NCBI GenBank assembly: GCA_963801605.1
Contig: CAWDFP010000012.1
Location: 1-10,500, forward strand
Length of the DNA stretch: 10,500 bases
Reading direction: 5' to 3'
From: an uncultured candidate division Zixibacteria bacterium
GTDB lineage: Bacteria > Zixibacteria > MSB-5A5 > UBA10806
A program made the position numbers and the translations under genes. The notes beneath the pieces are model-generated. The model was given only the letters and a program-made list of their open reading frames with translations, was not told the DNA's origin and made no database searches. Shown here piece by piece: positions 1 through 7,930 of this stretch; the stretch's first letter is position 1, and each line of letters begins with the position of its first letter.

Positions 1-1
1 T

Positions 2-38
2 AACCGCCGGATTCTGAATGGGATCTGGCGGTTTGGTT
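2..38 (+). terminator. Probable intrinsic terminator of an upstream (out-of-window) + strand gene
   Basis: Hairpin AACCGCCGGATTCT-gaat-GGGATCTGGCGGTT (2-15 pairs with 20-33; three G-U pairs that only form on the + strand). It begins within TAA at 1-3 and ends in TTTGGTT, an imperfect U-tract. Confidence 0.55.
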
Positions 39-127
39 AGAAATATTCAAAACAGCTAAAATTTTATTCTGCATTAGATTAAGCATCATTGTAAAAGAAC
101 TTGTTTGCATTTAATAAAAAAAAGAAC

Positions 128-156
128 TTGACAACTAAACATTTGTGCAGTATTTT
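128..156 (+). promoter_or_regulatory. Sigma70-type promoter of the HD/YwgA operon
   Basis: Perfect -35 TTGACA (128-133), 17-bp spacer, -10 TATTTT (151-156), with an A-tract (UP-element-like) just upstream. Confidence 0.6.
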
Positions 157-165
157 GGGGAGTGT

Positions 166-1504
166 GTGGATTATTTCCAGACATTTCATATTTTTAGAGA
201 TCCAATCGATGGATTTATTAAGATTCATGGAATTGAACGAAAAATAATTGATTCTAGATGGTTTCAGCGGTTGAGGAATATTAAACAACTTGGAACAACT
301 TATTTAATATATCCTAGTGCTAACCATACTCGATTTGAGCATTCTATTGGCACAATGCATCTTGCATCTAGGATTCTAGAAAATATTTATATCAAGGATC
401 ATAGTATCATTGGGGATAAAATTCTGAACTGGGATGAAGGGCAATATAAAAGAAATTGGGTGCTTTTAAGGTTAGCAACATTGCTTCATGATATTGGGCA
501 TTCACCATTTTCTCATTCAGCAGAGACTTTATTTGTAAAGGGCATAAAGCATGAGCATTATACAAGCGAGATATACTAAATGATCCAGAAATATGCAAAA
601 TTATTAATATTGAGCTTAAGGCGGATTATGGAATTGAAATTTCAACTGAGGAAATCGCAAATTATTTTTCTAAAACAAAGGGCAATATTCCTTTGATTCA
701 GCAAATTATTTCCGGACCCTTGGACGCTGATAAAATGGATTATTTATTCTAAGAGATTCCCATCATACAGGTGTTGCATATGGGGTTTTTGATATAGAAA
801 GATTACTTTTTACTTTAAGAATAGTAAAAGATTATAAATTTGACGAAGCCCTTGGATTCCAATTTGATCCTGCGCTTGGAATCGATGAAGATGGAATTAA
901 TGCTGCTGAGGGCTTGCTCATCGCCAGATATATGATGTTTTTGCAGGTTTATTTTCATGATATACGAAGAATTTATGATAAGCATTTGACTGATTTTATT
1001 AAGGCCATGCTAATAGAAGAGGGACGAGAAGGAGTATATCCCATAGAATTAAATGACTATTTTAAATATGACGATAATTATGTTACTCAAAATATAAAAA
1101 CCTATACTTTGCAGGATGGTAAAAGAGATATCTCTGCTTTGGCAAAAATACTATCTTTCCGCAAGCATTTTAGACCAATTAAGTCAATTTTCCTTACTAG
1201 TAAAAAGGACGATCTTCCTAAACGGAAAAACAACTTCAAATTTCAAGGAGCTTAAGACTATTTTTGGATCTCTTCATTTAGATTCAGCATATGAACGCCT
1301 GAAGAATTTGATCCAGAAAAAGTATCATTTTACTTTAAGACTGAGGAAGACTATCCTGCTGATAGGGATCGTGAAAACTATAGATCAATATCTGAACGGA
1401 CAAAACTTCTCCATGCTTTTGATTTCCTTGATATCTTAAGGATTTATGTATCTATAGAGGAAAAAGAAGCGGCACGGAAAGCAGTTAACGAAAAGAACTG
1501 GTAA
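166..1504 (+). CDS. HD-superfamily phosphohydrolase, SAMHD1/YwfO-like dNTP triphosphohydrolase family (about 445 aa after repairing about 4 frameshifts)
   Basis: Pieces join across frames: FRDPIDGFI...FQRLRNIKQLG...YPSANHTRFEHSIG...LLHDIGHSPFSH...HEHYT (ORF 145-579); ISGPLDADKMDYL/RDSHHTGVAYGVFDIERL (about 710-810, not in the track); EGLLIARYMMFLQVYFH (ORF 914-1255); ...LRIYVSIEEKEAARKAVNEKNW-TAA(1502-1504). All H...HD...D metal ligands are present. Frameshifts near 575, 748, 1230 and 1295. Start is GTG 166 or GTG 145. Confidence 0.9.
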
Positions 1505-1520
1505 ATGTAAGGAGTTAGCC

Positions 1521-2072
1521 ATGGAAATGGTTGAATCATATACCAAGCTCGGGTTTATTTTACGAACCCTTGATACATCATGGAGTTATTTTGGCAAAAC
1601 GATAGTTCAAAAAATTGTTTATTTTTTGCAAAATATTTTACCTGATGCGGAATTAGAATACAACTATCAACTACACTATTTTGGTCCTTATTCGGTTGAA
1701 CTAGAAAAAAAAGGTAACTGAATTAGAGCTTGAAGGTATTATTTCAATCGATCGGTCTACAACCGGAAAAGGGTATACTATAAAAGTTGATTATACTCAT
1801 CCTATATTTGACAAAATAGATTCTTCCCCAGATCAAAAGGAATTATTCGACAAAATCAACAATTGGATTTCTATATTTAAAAATGATGGCCCGGCAGCCT
1901 TAGAGTTGAAAGCAACTATATATTACTTATGGGATAAATTATTTAACAAAGCAAATCCTGATGAATAAAAGCCGATCTTATTAAAGAAGCAAAAATCGTA
2001 AAACCAAATTTCACAGATGAATCATTTGAACGATGCTTTACTTGGTTGGTCCAAAAGGGGATAATGAAGTAA
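1521..2072 (+). CDS. YwgA-like protein (winged-helix, SocA/Panacea-like N-terminal motif), about 183 aa after repairing 2 frameshifts
   Basis: RBS AAGGAG 1509-1514, ATG 1521. GKTIVQKIVYFLQ...YQLHYFGPYSVEL; after the A8 run at 1705-1712 it reads VTELELEGII...ALELKATIYYL; after about 1965 it reads KIVKPNFTDESFERCFTWLVQKGIMK-TAA(2070-2072). The QKxxY, GPYS and LELxxTxxY motifs match the YwgA family. Confidence 0.75.
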
Positions 2073-2234
2073 CTAGCACTTTTTATGATAATATGGCGTC
2101 ACCAGACAACCCTTGTATTGATGAATATATATTTGCCAGAACAAGCAGGGGATCGAAAGTTAGATAATCGTTAAAATTACTCATTCCCCGTTGAATATAA
2201 CAGTTCTTAAAAAAAAATATATCGCAAAAGCCGC

Positions 2235-2272
2235 TATAATAATGTTATATTAACTATATAGATTTATATAGT
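2235..2272 (+). promoter_or_regulatory. Candidate -10 box plus palindromic operator upstream of the 2332-3458 operon
   Basis: TATAAT at 2235-2240 (no convincing -35), followed by the inverted repeat ACTATATA-gatt-TATATAGT (2253-2272). Confidence 0.4.
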
Positions 2273-2331
2273 AACTCGACGTGAACGTAATTTGATGATA
2301 AGATTTTGTGGTTTGTCTGAAGGAGAAACGC

Positions 2332-2953
2332 ATGATTAGGTTATCGAGTCTCGTGAAATTACTGGGGGGACCTGTGTTTTATCGCTGATTTTCATTACAG
2401 CCTTTTCCGTTTTATCATCTGCGCAACAAACCGGCGCGCAGCCGAACGTTGCAAACGGCTTCGATCGTCTCCAATTCCTGCTCGGAGATTGGGTTGGTGA
2501 GGGGGGAGGAGACACCCCCGGCAAAGGCTCCGGCGAATTTCAGTTTTGCCATGGATTTGCAGAACAAAATCATGATCCGGAAAAGCTTCTCCGTATCCGG
2601 CAACTGAAAACAAACCGGCCTATCGTCATGATGATTTAACGATCATCTTTCAAACCCCCGATGATACCTTACGGGCCATCTATTTCGATAACGAGGGACA
2701 TGTTATTAATTACATTGTTAATATCCCTGCGGATCAAAAGTCTGCCGTCTTCGTTAGCGCGCCATGCGATCCGAATGCTCGTTACCGCCTGACTTATTCT
2801 TTGACCGAAGAAAAAAAGGTGGCCATTAATTTCGAGATTGCCCCGCCCGGACAACCGGAGGCTTTTTCGACTTATATCGAGGCTACGGCGCATAAGAAAT
2901 TGATAGGGTTTCAATTGATAAAATTATGTCTCTCCGAAAGGAGCATTTTATGA
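2332..2953 (+). CDS. Secreted hypothetical protein, likely calycin/nitrobindin-like beta-barrel (frameshifted; not in the ORF track)
   Basis: RBS AAGGAG 2320-2325, ATG 2332. Joined frames give a signal peptide (MIRLSSLVKLLG/TCVLSLIFITAFSVLSSA-QQ), then FDRLQFLLGDWVGEGGGDTPGKGSGEF/SFAMDLQNKIMIRKS/...AYRHDDLTIIF...RAIYFDNEGHVINY...RYRLTYS...VAINFEIAPPG. The in-frame stop TGA 2951-2953 overlaps the next ATG; the true end could be about 2905. The GxWxGEG motif suggests the fold. Confidence 0.65.
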
Positions 2954-3458
2954 AATGGATTACACGAGAACATGTCAAGGTTGACAGGGTTGCCTGTCCG
3001 TGGCTGATCAAGAAGTTTATCGATCCGGAGGCGGAGTTTATTTTCGCGCCAAAAGAGCGGGTTTTGGAGATTGCCAAAAGAGAAAACGCCACTCCTTACG
3101 ATGTGGAAGGTGTTGAGCTGGGACATTACGATGGTAAATGCAGTTTTGAGGCGATTGTCGAGAAGTATAAGATTGCCGATCCCGCTATCAATGCTGGCGC
3201 AAATTGTTCATGGCGCCGATGTCTCGAACGATTTGTATAAACGTCCCGAAGCCCCGGACTCAAGGCTATTGCAATCGGATTTGCCAATCTGGATTTAAGG
3301 ATGATCATGAGGTCCTGAAACGGGAATTTATTGTATATGACGCGCTTTATGCGTATTGTAAAACGTTATTGGCAGGCTATTTCCCGATACAGAATTTCCC
3401 GAAGATATTATTTAAAATATCGTCGGTTGTGGTTTCTCCGACAAGCTCGCCAAGGTGA
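2950..3458 (+). CDS. Chromate-resistance ChrB-domain (ChrF-like) protein, frameshifted
   Basis: RBS AAAGGAG 2937-2943, ATG 2950. MKWITREHVKVDRVACPWLIKKFIDPEAEF...PYDVEGVELGHYDGKCSFEAI...LAQIVHGAD...EAPGLKAI...DDHEVLKREFIVYDALYAYC is the typical Chrome_Resist pattern. Frameshifts near 3190, 3255 and 3292. The 3' end is uncertain; homology appears to end at about 3365. Confidence 0.85.
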
Positions 3459-4712
3459 TCGAGCGTCTCGCGAGGATAATGAGATAACTTCCTTGGGACT
3501 GACCTTCAGTTTGGTTCGGGCCTGCTATAATGCATCCACGGATTTTCTCATCGCCTGATATTGCCGCTCAGTGGCCAGAATTGCGGTATCGAGATGAAAG
3601 TTTTCGAGATGGGACTACTCGCGAGACGGTGTCGAAGTTCGTTCCAAACCATCGCCCCTGGTGGCCGAGATAAGGATCGGATTGTGAAAATTTTCGTGGC
3701 GATCCAAGTCAATTTTATTGGCAATGACAAGCAGTGGTTTGTCTTTAAGGGCGCGTATATATCAATCATCCGCCGTGACTCCGCTTGAAAGTCGATCATA
3801 AAAATTATCAGATCGGATTTGTCGATCTCGCGCCTGGTACGCTCCTGGCCCAGGGCTTCGATGGTATCTGGGCTATCGCGCAATCCAGCGGTATCGGTCA
3901 GGAGAATCGGGAAACCGGCGATTTCGATCCATTCGGTAAGGGTATCGCGGGTGGTGCCGGGTATTTCGGTTACGATAGCCCGTTCGTCGGAGGAGAGCGT
4001 TAAGAAGCGATGATTTGCCAACATTGGCTCGTCCTACGATAGCAATTTTGTATCCGGAGTTGAGACCTCGTCCGAAATCATAGCTTTTCAGGATTTTCGG
4101 GTGTTCGTTCAAGTTGCCGGTAATCTCATCAATGATTTCAGCAAACGGCGTTTTGTCGATTTCCTCATCGGAGAAATCGATTTCAGCTTCAATCAGAGTC
4201 AGCAAGATCCTTTATAGCGTTTCGGATGTCATCAATTTTTTCGTAAAGCTCGCCTTTGAGATTCCGCGCCGCCGCCTTGAGCGCCAATTCCGATTTGGCC
4301 TCGATTGCTGCCGCAACGGCCTCAGCCTCGGACAGCGAAATTCGTCCGTTCAGGAACGCTCGTCGGGTGAACTCGCCGGGCTCAGCGATTCCGGCACCAA
4401 GCTCACAGAGGCTGGAAATCAATACGCGGCTTGAAACCCGTCCGCCGTGGCAAATGATCTCAACCATTTCCTCACCGGTGTAGCTTTTGGGCGCGAAATA
4501 GGGAATAGCGGTTATCTCATCGAGCGGATTGTTATTCGAATCGACAGCGAAACCATGAATGAGTCGTCTGGACTGGTCAGGCCCGATACCGTGAGCTCCG
4601 GCAGGAGACGCGAAACCAAATCGATTGAACCGGCTCCGGAAACCCTGATTATAGCCAGCGCCGCTCGCCCCGGCGGCGTGGCAACGGCGACGATGATGGA
4701 GGTCACTGTCAT
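3377..4712 (-). CDS. mnmE: tRNA modification GTPase MnmE (TrmE), several frameshifts
   Basis: N-terminal IVAVATPPGRAALAIIRVSG; TGEEMVEIICHGG; AEPGEFTRRAFLNGRISLSEAEAV; IEAEIDFSDE; G1 GRANVGKSS; G2 EIPGTTRD; G3 DTAG; G4 ANKID; C-terminal DILNNIFGKFCIGK-TAG (3377-3379). Start taken as the ATG at 4712. Confidence 0.97.
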
Positions 4713-4722
4713 TACAGGCAAT
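4707..4722. repeat. Collapsed or degenerate inverted copy of the 5092-5130 palindromic repeat
   Basis: TGTCATTACAGGCAAT resembles the two arms of the reverse complement of 5092-5130 (TGTCATTGCGAGG...GCAATC) with the interior missing. It sits directly against the GIY-YIG stop codon. Confidence 0.45.
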
Positions 4723-5011
4723 TTATATAGTTTTAAACAAATCAGACCACTTTGGATTCATACTTTCAATAAGCTCGATTTTCTTCTTGCTCGAACCGGC
4801 GCTAATTTGTTTTTCGCGGGATATTGCAGAAAGTATTTCACCGCAAGTCTCATAGTAAACCAGCTTTTCAGATTCGATATTTTTTCGTAAAACCTTTGCC
4901 TGATTTTACCTTATTTGTGCAGGCTCTCGATTTGAGATCGTTGGTTACTCCCGTATAGAGCACCTTATGCTTATTGGTCACTATATATACGCAGTATGCT
5001 TTTTCACTCAT
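4723..5011 (-). CDS. Small stand-alone GIY-YIG endonuclease (COG2827/UPF0213-like), about 95 aa, one frameshift, possibly decaying
   Basis: Manual translation: ATG 5011 (AGGA RBS upstream) MSEKAYCVYIVTNKHKVLYTGVTNDLKSRACTNKVKSGKGFTKKYRI, frameshift at about 4870, then EKLVYYETCGEILSAISREKQISAGSSKKKIELIESMNPKWSDLFKTI-TAA (4723-4725). The VYI, LYTGVT, GFTxKY, LVYYE, REKQ and NPxWxDL motifs are diagnostic. Confidence 0.9.
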
Positions 5012-5091
5012 AATATAATCCTATACATTATTTAAAGGTTTTCCAATTGTAACGATTAAGTTCAGGCGGATGCCTAGACTATATGCTTGGG

Positions 5092-5130
5092 GATTGCTTT
5101 GTCGGTCTAAGCGACCTCCTCGCAATGACA
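5092..5130. repeat. REP-like palindromic element of the GTCATTGCGAG...GCAATC (CGTC-REP / Rickettsia RPE-like) type
   Basis: GATTGCTTTGTCGGTCTAAGCGACCTCCTCGCAATGACA: outer stem ATTGC/GCAAT (5093-5097, 5122-5126), inner stem GGTC/GACC (5104-5107, 5113-5116), GAC tail. It lies 11 bp beyond the yidC stop. Confidence 0.75.
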
Positions 5131-5141
5131 CATCTGTCGGC

Positions 5142-6858
5142 CTAATTAATCCGTTTCGCCTCTTGCTCGGCTTTGATATGCCGCTGTACCAGCCATTGCT
5201 CCACGATTCCGAGAACACTGAATACGGTCCAGTAAAGCACCAATCCCGATGCCCATTTCGAAAACAGATATGTGAACAGAATCGGCATCAGATAAACCAT
5301 CATCTTCTGCTTGGGATCGGTTACCGTCATCTTCTGCTGGAAGAACATGGCGATGCCCATTATGATCGGTAAAATTCCGATTCCCAACGGGATGATCTTG
5401 CCCGATGGGTCTGGCTGCGAGAGATCGGTGATCCAGAACATGAAATTGGCGCCGCGAAGCTCGATCGTGTTGGAAAGCACCGAGTAAAGCGCCCAGAAGA
5501 TCGGAAGCTGTATCAGCATCGGAAGGCAACTACCGAACGGATTGACGCCAAACTCCTTGTAGGCTTTCATCGTCTCGGTGTTGAGCTTGGCCGGATCGTT
5601 TTTGTATTTTTCCTTGATTTCCTGCAGCTTCGGCTGGATCTCCTTCATCTTGTACATCGATTTGGCGCTCTTAAACGACAGCGGCCAGAAGATGACTTTC
5701 ATGATGATCGAGAAAAAGATGATCACCAAGCCGTAATTCGGAATAAATTTGTGCAGGTTGGTGAAAAACCAGAGTATGGCTATTGCAAATGGACGGAAAT
5801 ATTTCCAGCCGAAATCAACTAAGGACGATAGTCCCTTATCCATCTTGTTCAGACGGTCATAATCGAGCGGGCCGGTGTAGACATTGAACGCGTAGTGCGC
5901 GTCCGCCGATGGATTATCGTATGTCAGCCCCACCCCAAACGCTTCCCATGGCGCGTTGCCGCCCTTGGGATTGAGATGCGCCACGCGGCCGCCCAAAACT
6001 ACCACCTCGCGGCCGGGCTCATCCTTGGCGATCACAATCGCCGTGAAATATTTGGTGCGCGTTGCCACCCAGTCGATCGGGCCGGTCACGATCTCTTTCA
6101 GAGTATCGCCTTTGAGCTTGTTGAAATAGTCAAACTCGCCGCCCATGTCGAAAAAGCCGCCGAGCTTACCGCGATCCTGGCTGATATCATATTCCGATGG
6201 CTCCAGCGGCGAGAACCATCCGACCGTGACACCCTGTGCCAGGTTCAATTTGACGGGATCTTTAATATCGATATTCAGATCAAAAAGGTAATCATCATAA
6301 TGGAATGTATATGTTTTGGTGACAATAGCGCCGTTGGATGCGGTATATGTGAATGTCACATTGGTTGACGTATTTGCGGGTTGAGCATGGCATCGTCGCC
6401 ATCGACCTGGAAGCTCTGGCTGTTGAAGGCCGCCAGCCGGTCGTTATACCCGATTGTTAGAGCGCCGTAGCGAGCCCACTCGGGATTGGATTGATCGGCC
6501 AGTAGCTGCACTTGCTCGCTGTTGAAATTGAGATAATGTTTCAGAACAACCTGCTTGACCGTGCCGCCAATCGATGACAACACCACCCGAATATTGCGGG
6601 TATCGATCGTGATGAGCTTCTCCGGCTCCTGACAGTTGCGGCCAGGGCGGTTGATTCAGCGGGGACAAGCAGCAGGCGCTTCGGGGGTATTCAGGCTTTC
6701 CGGTTTGGCTGGTAGTTTGAACGGCTGAATGGCGTATCAGTCGGAATGGGAGCTTTGACTGGCTGAGGTTTTGGCGGAAAGATAGCATTCCAGAGCGGCA
6801 TCCAGAGCAGCAGGATCGCCATGATGAGTATGAAACCGATAATTGCTTTTTTATCCAT
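5142..6858 (-). CDS. yidC: Membrane protein insertase YidC (N-terminal part frameshifted)
   Basis: Start ATG 6858, MDKKAIIGFILIMAILLLW (TM1). Periplasmic domain runs across ORFs 6444-6788 and 6356-6586. The 405-aa ORF 5142-6359 has DFGW, NYGLVII, SMYKMKEIQPKL, GVNPFGSCLPMLIQLPIF, WITDLSQPDP and SGLVLYW. Confidence 0.97.
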
Positions 6859-6976
6859 AGATCAGAATTTGCACTCGAGGTGATGGTTTATTATGGTTTG
6901 ATGCATATTTATTTTGCAGTTTTATTATTTCTTTGGGCGTATTGATATCACCCTGCTCGATTATCAATATTTTTAT

Positions 6977-7195
6977 CTAGGCGGGGTCGATGCCTCCGCG
7001 GCTCCAGGGGTTGCAGCGCAGGAGACGCCAGGCCGTCTTGGCCAGCCCCTTAAGGGCGCCGTCCTTGGCTAGCGTCTGACGGGAATACTCGGAGCAGGAT
7101 GGGTAGTAGCGGCAGTGTCCGCCCAGCACCGTGCCGAGCGTCATCTGGTAGAGCTTCACCACCATCGAGAATATTTTCCCTATTATAATCATCAC
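6977..7195 (-). CDS. yidD: Membrane protein insertion efficiency factor YidD
   Basis: LYQ...CRYYPSCSEYS...GALKG...RLLRCNPWSRGGIDP. The start overlaps the rnpA stop (GTGATG). Canonical position between rnpA and yidC. Confidence 0.95.
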   Translation of the reverse strand: MMIIIGKIFSMVVKLYQMTLGTVLGGHCRYYPSCSEYSRQTLAKDGALKGLAKTAWRLLRCNPWSRGGIDPA

Positions 7196-7537
7196 AAGTT
7201 TACGAGCATATCATTCAGTTCGGCCAGGAGCCCGGCTTCATCGCTCACAGGCGCTTTTATTCTTATGACCACCATTTTGTTTGCGGGCCAGCTCCCCTTA
7301 TGAGTGCGCAGGTGCTCCCGGATGAGGCGTTTGAGACGGTTGCGCCTGACCGCGTTGCCTGCCTTGCGCGAGACCGAGATGCCGAACGCTGTTTCCGGGC
7401 TGCTTTCGGCGGTCTCGGCGACGACTAACTCGCACCAGCGGCCCCGGAGCGTTTTGACGCCTGACGGTCATGACCGCCAGGAAATTGCTGCGGCCGCGCA
7501 GGCGGTTTTCCCGGGGGAACGAATGGTCGTCGGGCTC
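7192..7537 (-). CDS. rnpA: Ribonuclease P protein component (start codon not visible; one frameshift near 7465; not in the ORF track)
   Basis: HSFPRENRLRGRSNFLAVM / GVKTLRGRWCELVV...AFGISVSRKAGNAVRRNRLKRLIREHLR (RNR motif)...MVVIRIK...LNDMLVNL-TGA (7192-7194). Confidence 0.9.
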
Positions 7538-7684
7538 TTAGGCCTCGTCGGAGACAGTGAGTTTATGACGTCCTTTGGCGCGGCGGCGCTTGAGGACGTC
7601 GCGGCCGGCTTTAGTGGCCATCCTCTTGCGGAAGCCGTGGTCATTTTTGCGTTTGCGGTTTGATGGTTGATACGTTCTTTTCAT
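7538..7684 (-). CDS. rpmH: 50S ribosomal protein L34 (48 aa, below the ORF-track cutoff)
   Basis: [51 protein letters not shown], intact frame, GAGG RBS upstream. Confidence 0.98.
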   Translation of the reverse strand: MKRTYQPSNRKRKNDHGFRKRMATKAGRDVLKRRRAKGRHKLTVSDEA

Positions 7685-7733
7685 ATTACCCTCTACAAAT
7701 TCTCAAGAACTTACTACTTAAAAACAGATTCGC

Positions 7734-7761
7734 AATATAGGGATAAATTCCGGGTAGTCAA
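7734..7761 (-). promoter_or_regulatory. Sigma70-type promoter of the rpmH operon
   Basis: Minus strand: -35 TTGACT (7761-7756), 16-bp spacer, -10 TATATT (7739-7734), about 50 bp upstream of the rpmH ATG. Confidence 0.65.
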
Positions 7762-7930
7762 GGGAAAAGGGGAAGAATATAACTAATTGGTCTATTTTTC
7801 TATATTGAGTTGTTAATAACGAAGAAATTTATGATTAATATTATTTTCAAAAAATATTAAACAATTATTATGGGATCTCATAGCATTTGATGCTACAAAA
7901 ATTAAAAAGTTTCAATTGTTTGAAATAATA

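Noticed and set aside
165..173. DnaA-box-like TGTGGATTA (also TTATCCATA at 6851-6859)
   Set aside because: Isolated one-mismatch hits that coincide with start-codon sequence; no cluster or unwinding element, so not oriC.
1700..1720. Programmed frameshift or phase variation at the A8 run in the YwgA-like gene
   Set aside because: Cannot be distinguished from the homopolymer indel errors seen throughout the window.
2336..3308. Minus-strand ORFs 2336-2524, 2395-2613, 2415-2603, 2669-2914, 2883-3092, 2911-3126 and 3126-3308
   Set aside because: Antisense shadows of the + strand secreted protein and ChrB genes; no recognisable motifs.
3331..4890. Plus-strand ORFs opposite mnmE and the GIY-YIG gene (e.g. 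4114-4434, 4447-4890)
   Set aside because: Antisense to clearly identified genes; no family signal.
5021..6368. ORFs 5021-5218, 5070-5372, 5146-5529 and 5895-6368
   Set aside because: Alternative-frame or antisense shadows of yidC; 5021-5218 merely reads through the palindromic repeat.
7115..7663. Plus-strand ORFs 7115-7303 and 7304-7663
   Set aside because: Antisense to yidD, rnpA and rpmH.
7640..7700. Thermus-type rnpA starting just upstream of rpmH and fully overlapping it
   Set aside because: The corresponding frame hits TGA about 14 codons into rpmH and has no start codon 4 nt upstream of the rpmH ATG.
7870..7900. Small inverted repeat TAGCAT-ttg-ATGCTA as the NACHT terminator
   Set aside because: Weak 6-bp stem, and the T-tract is on the wrong side for the minus-strand transcript.
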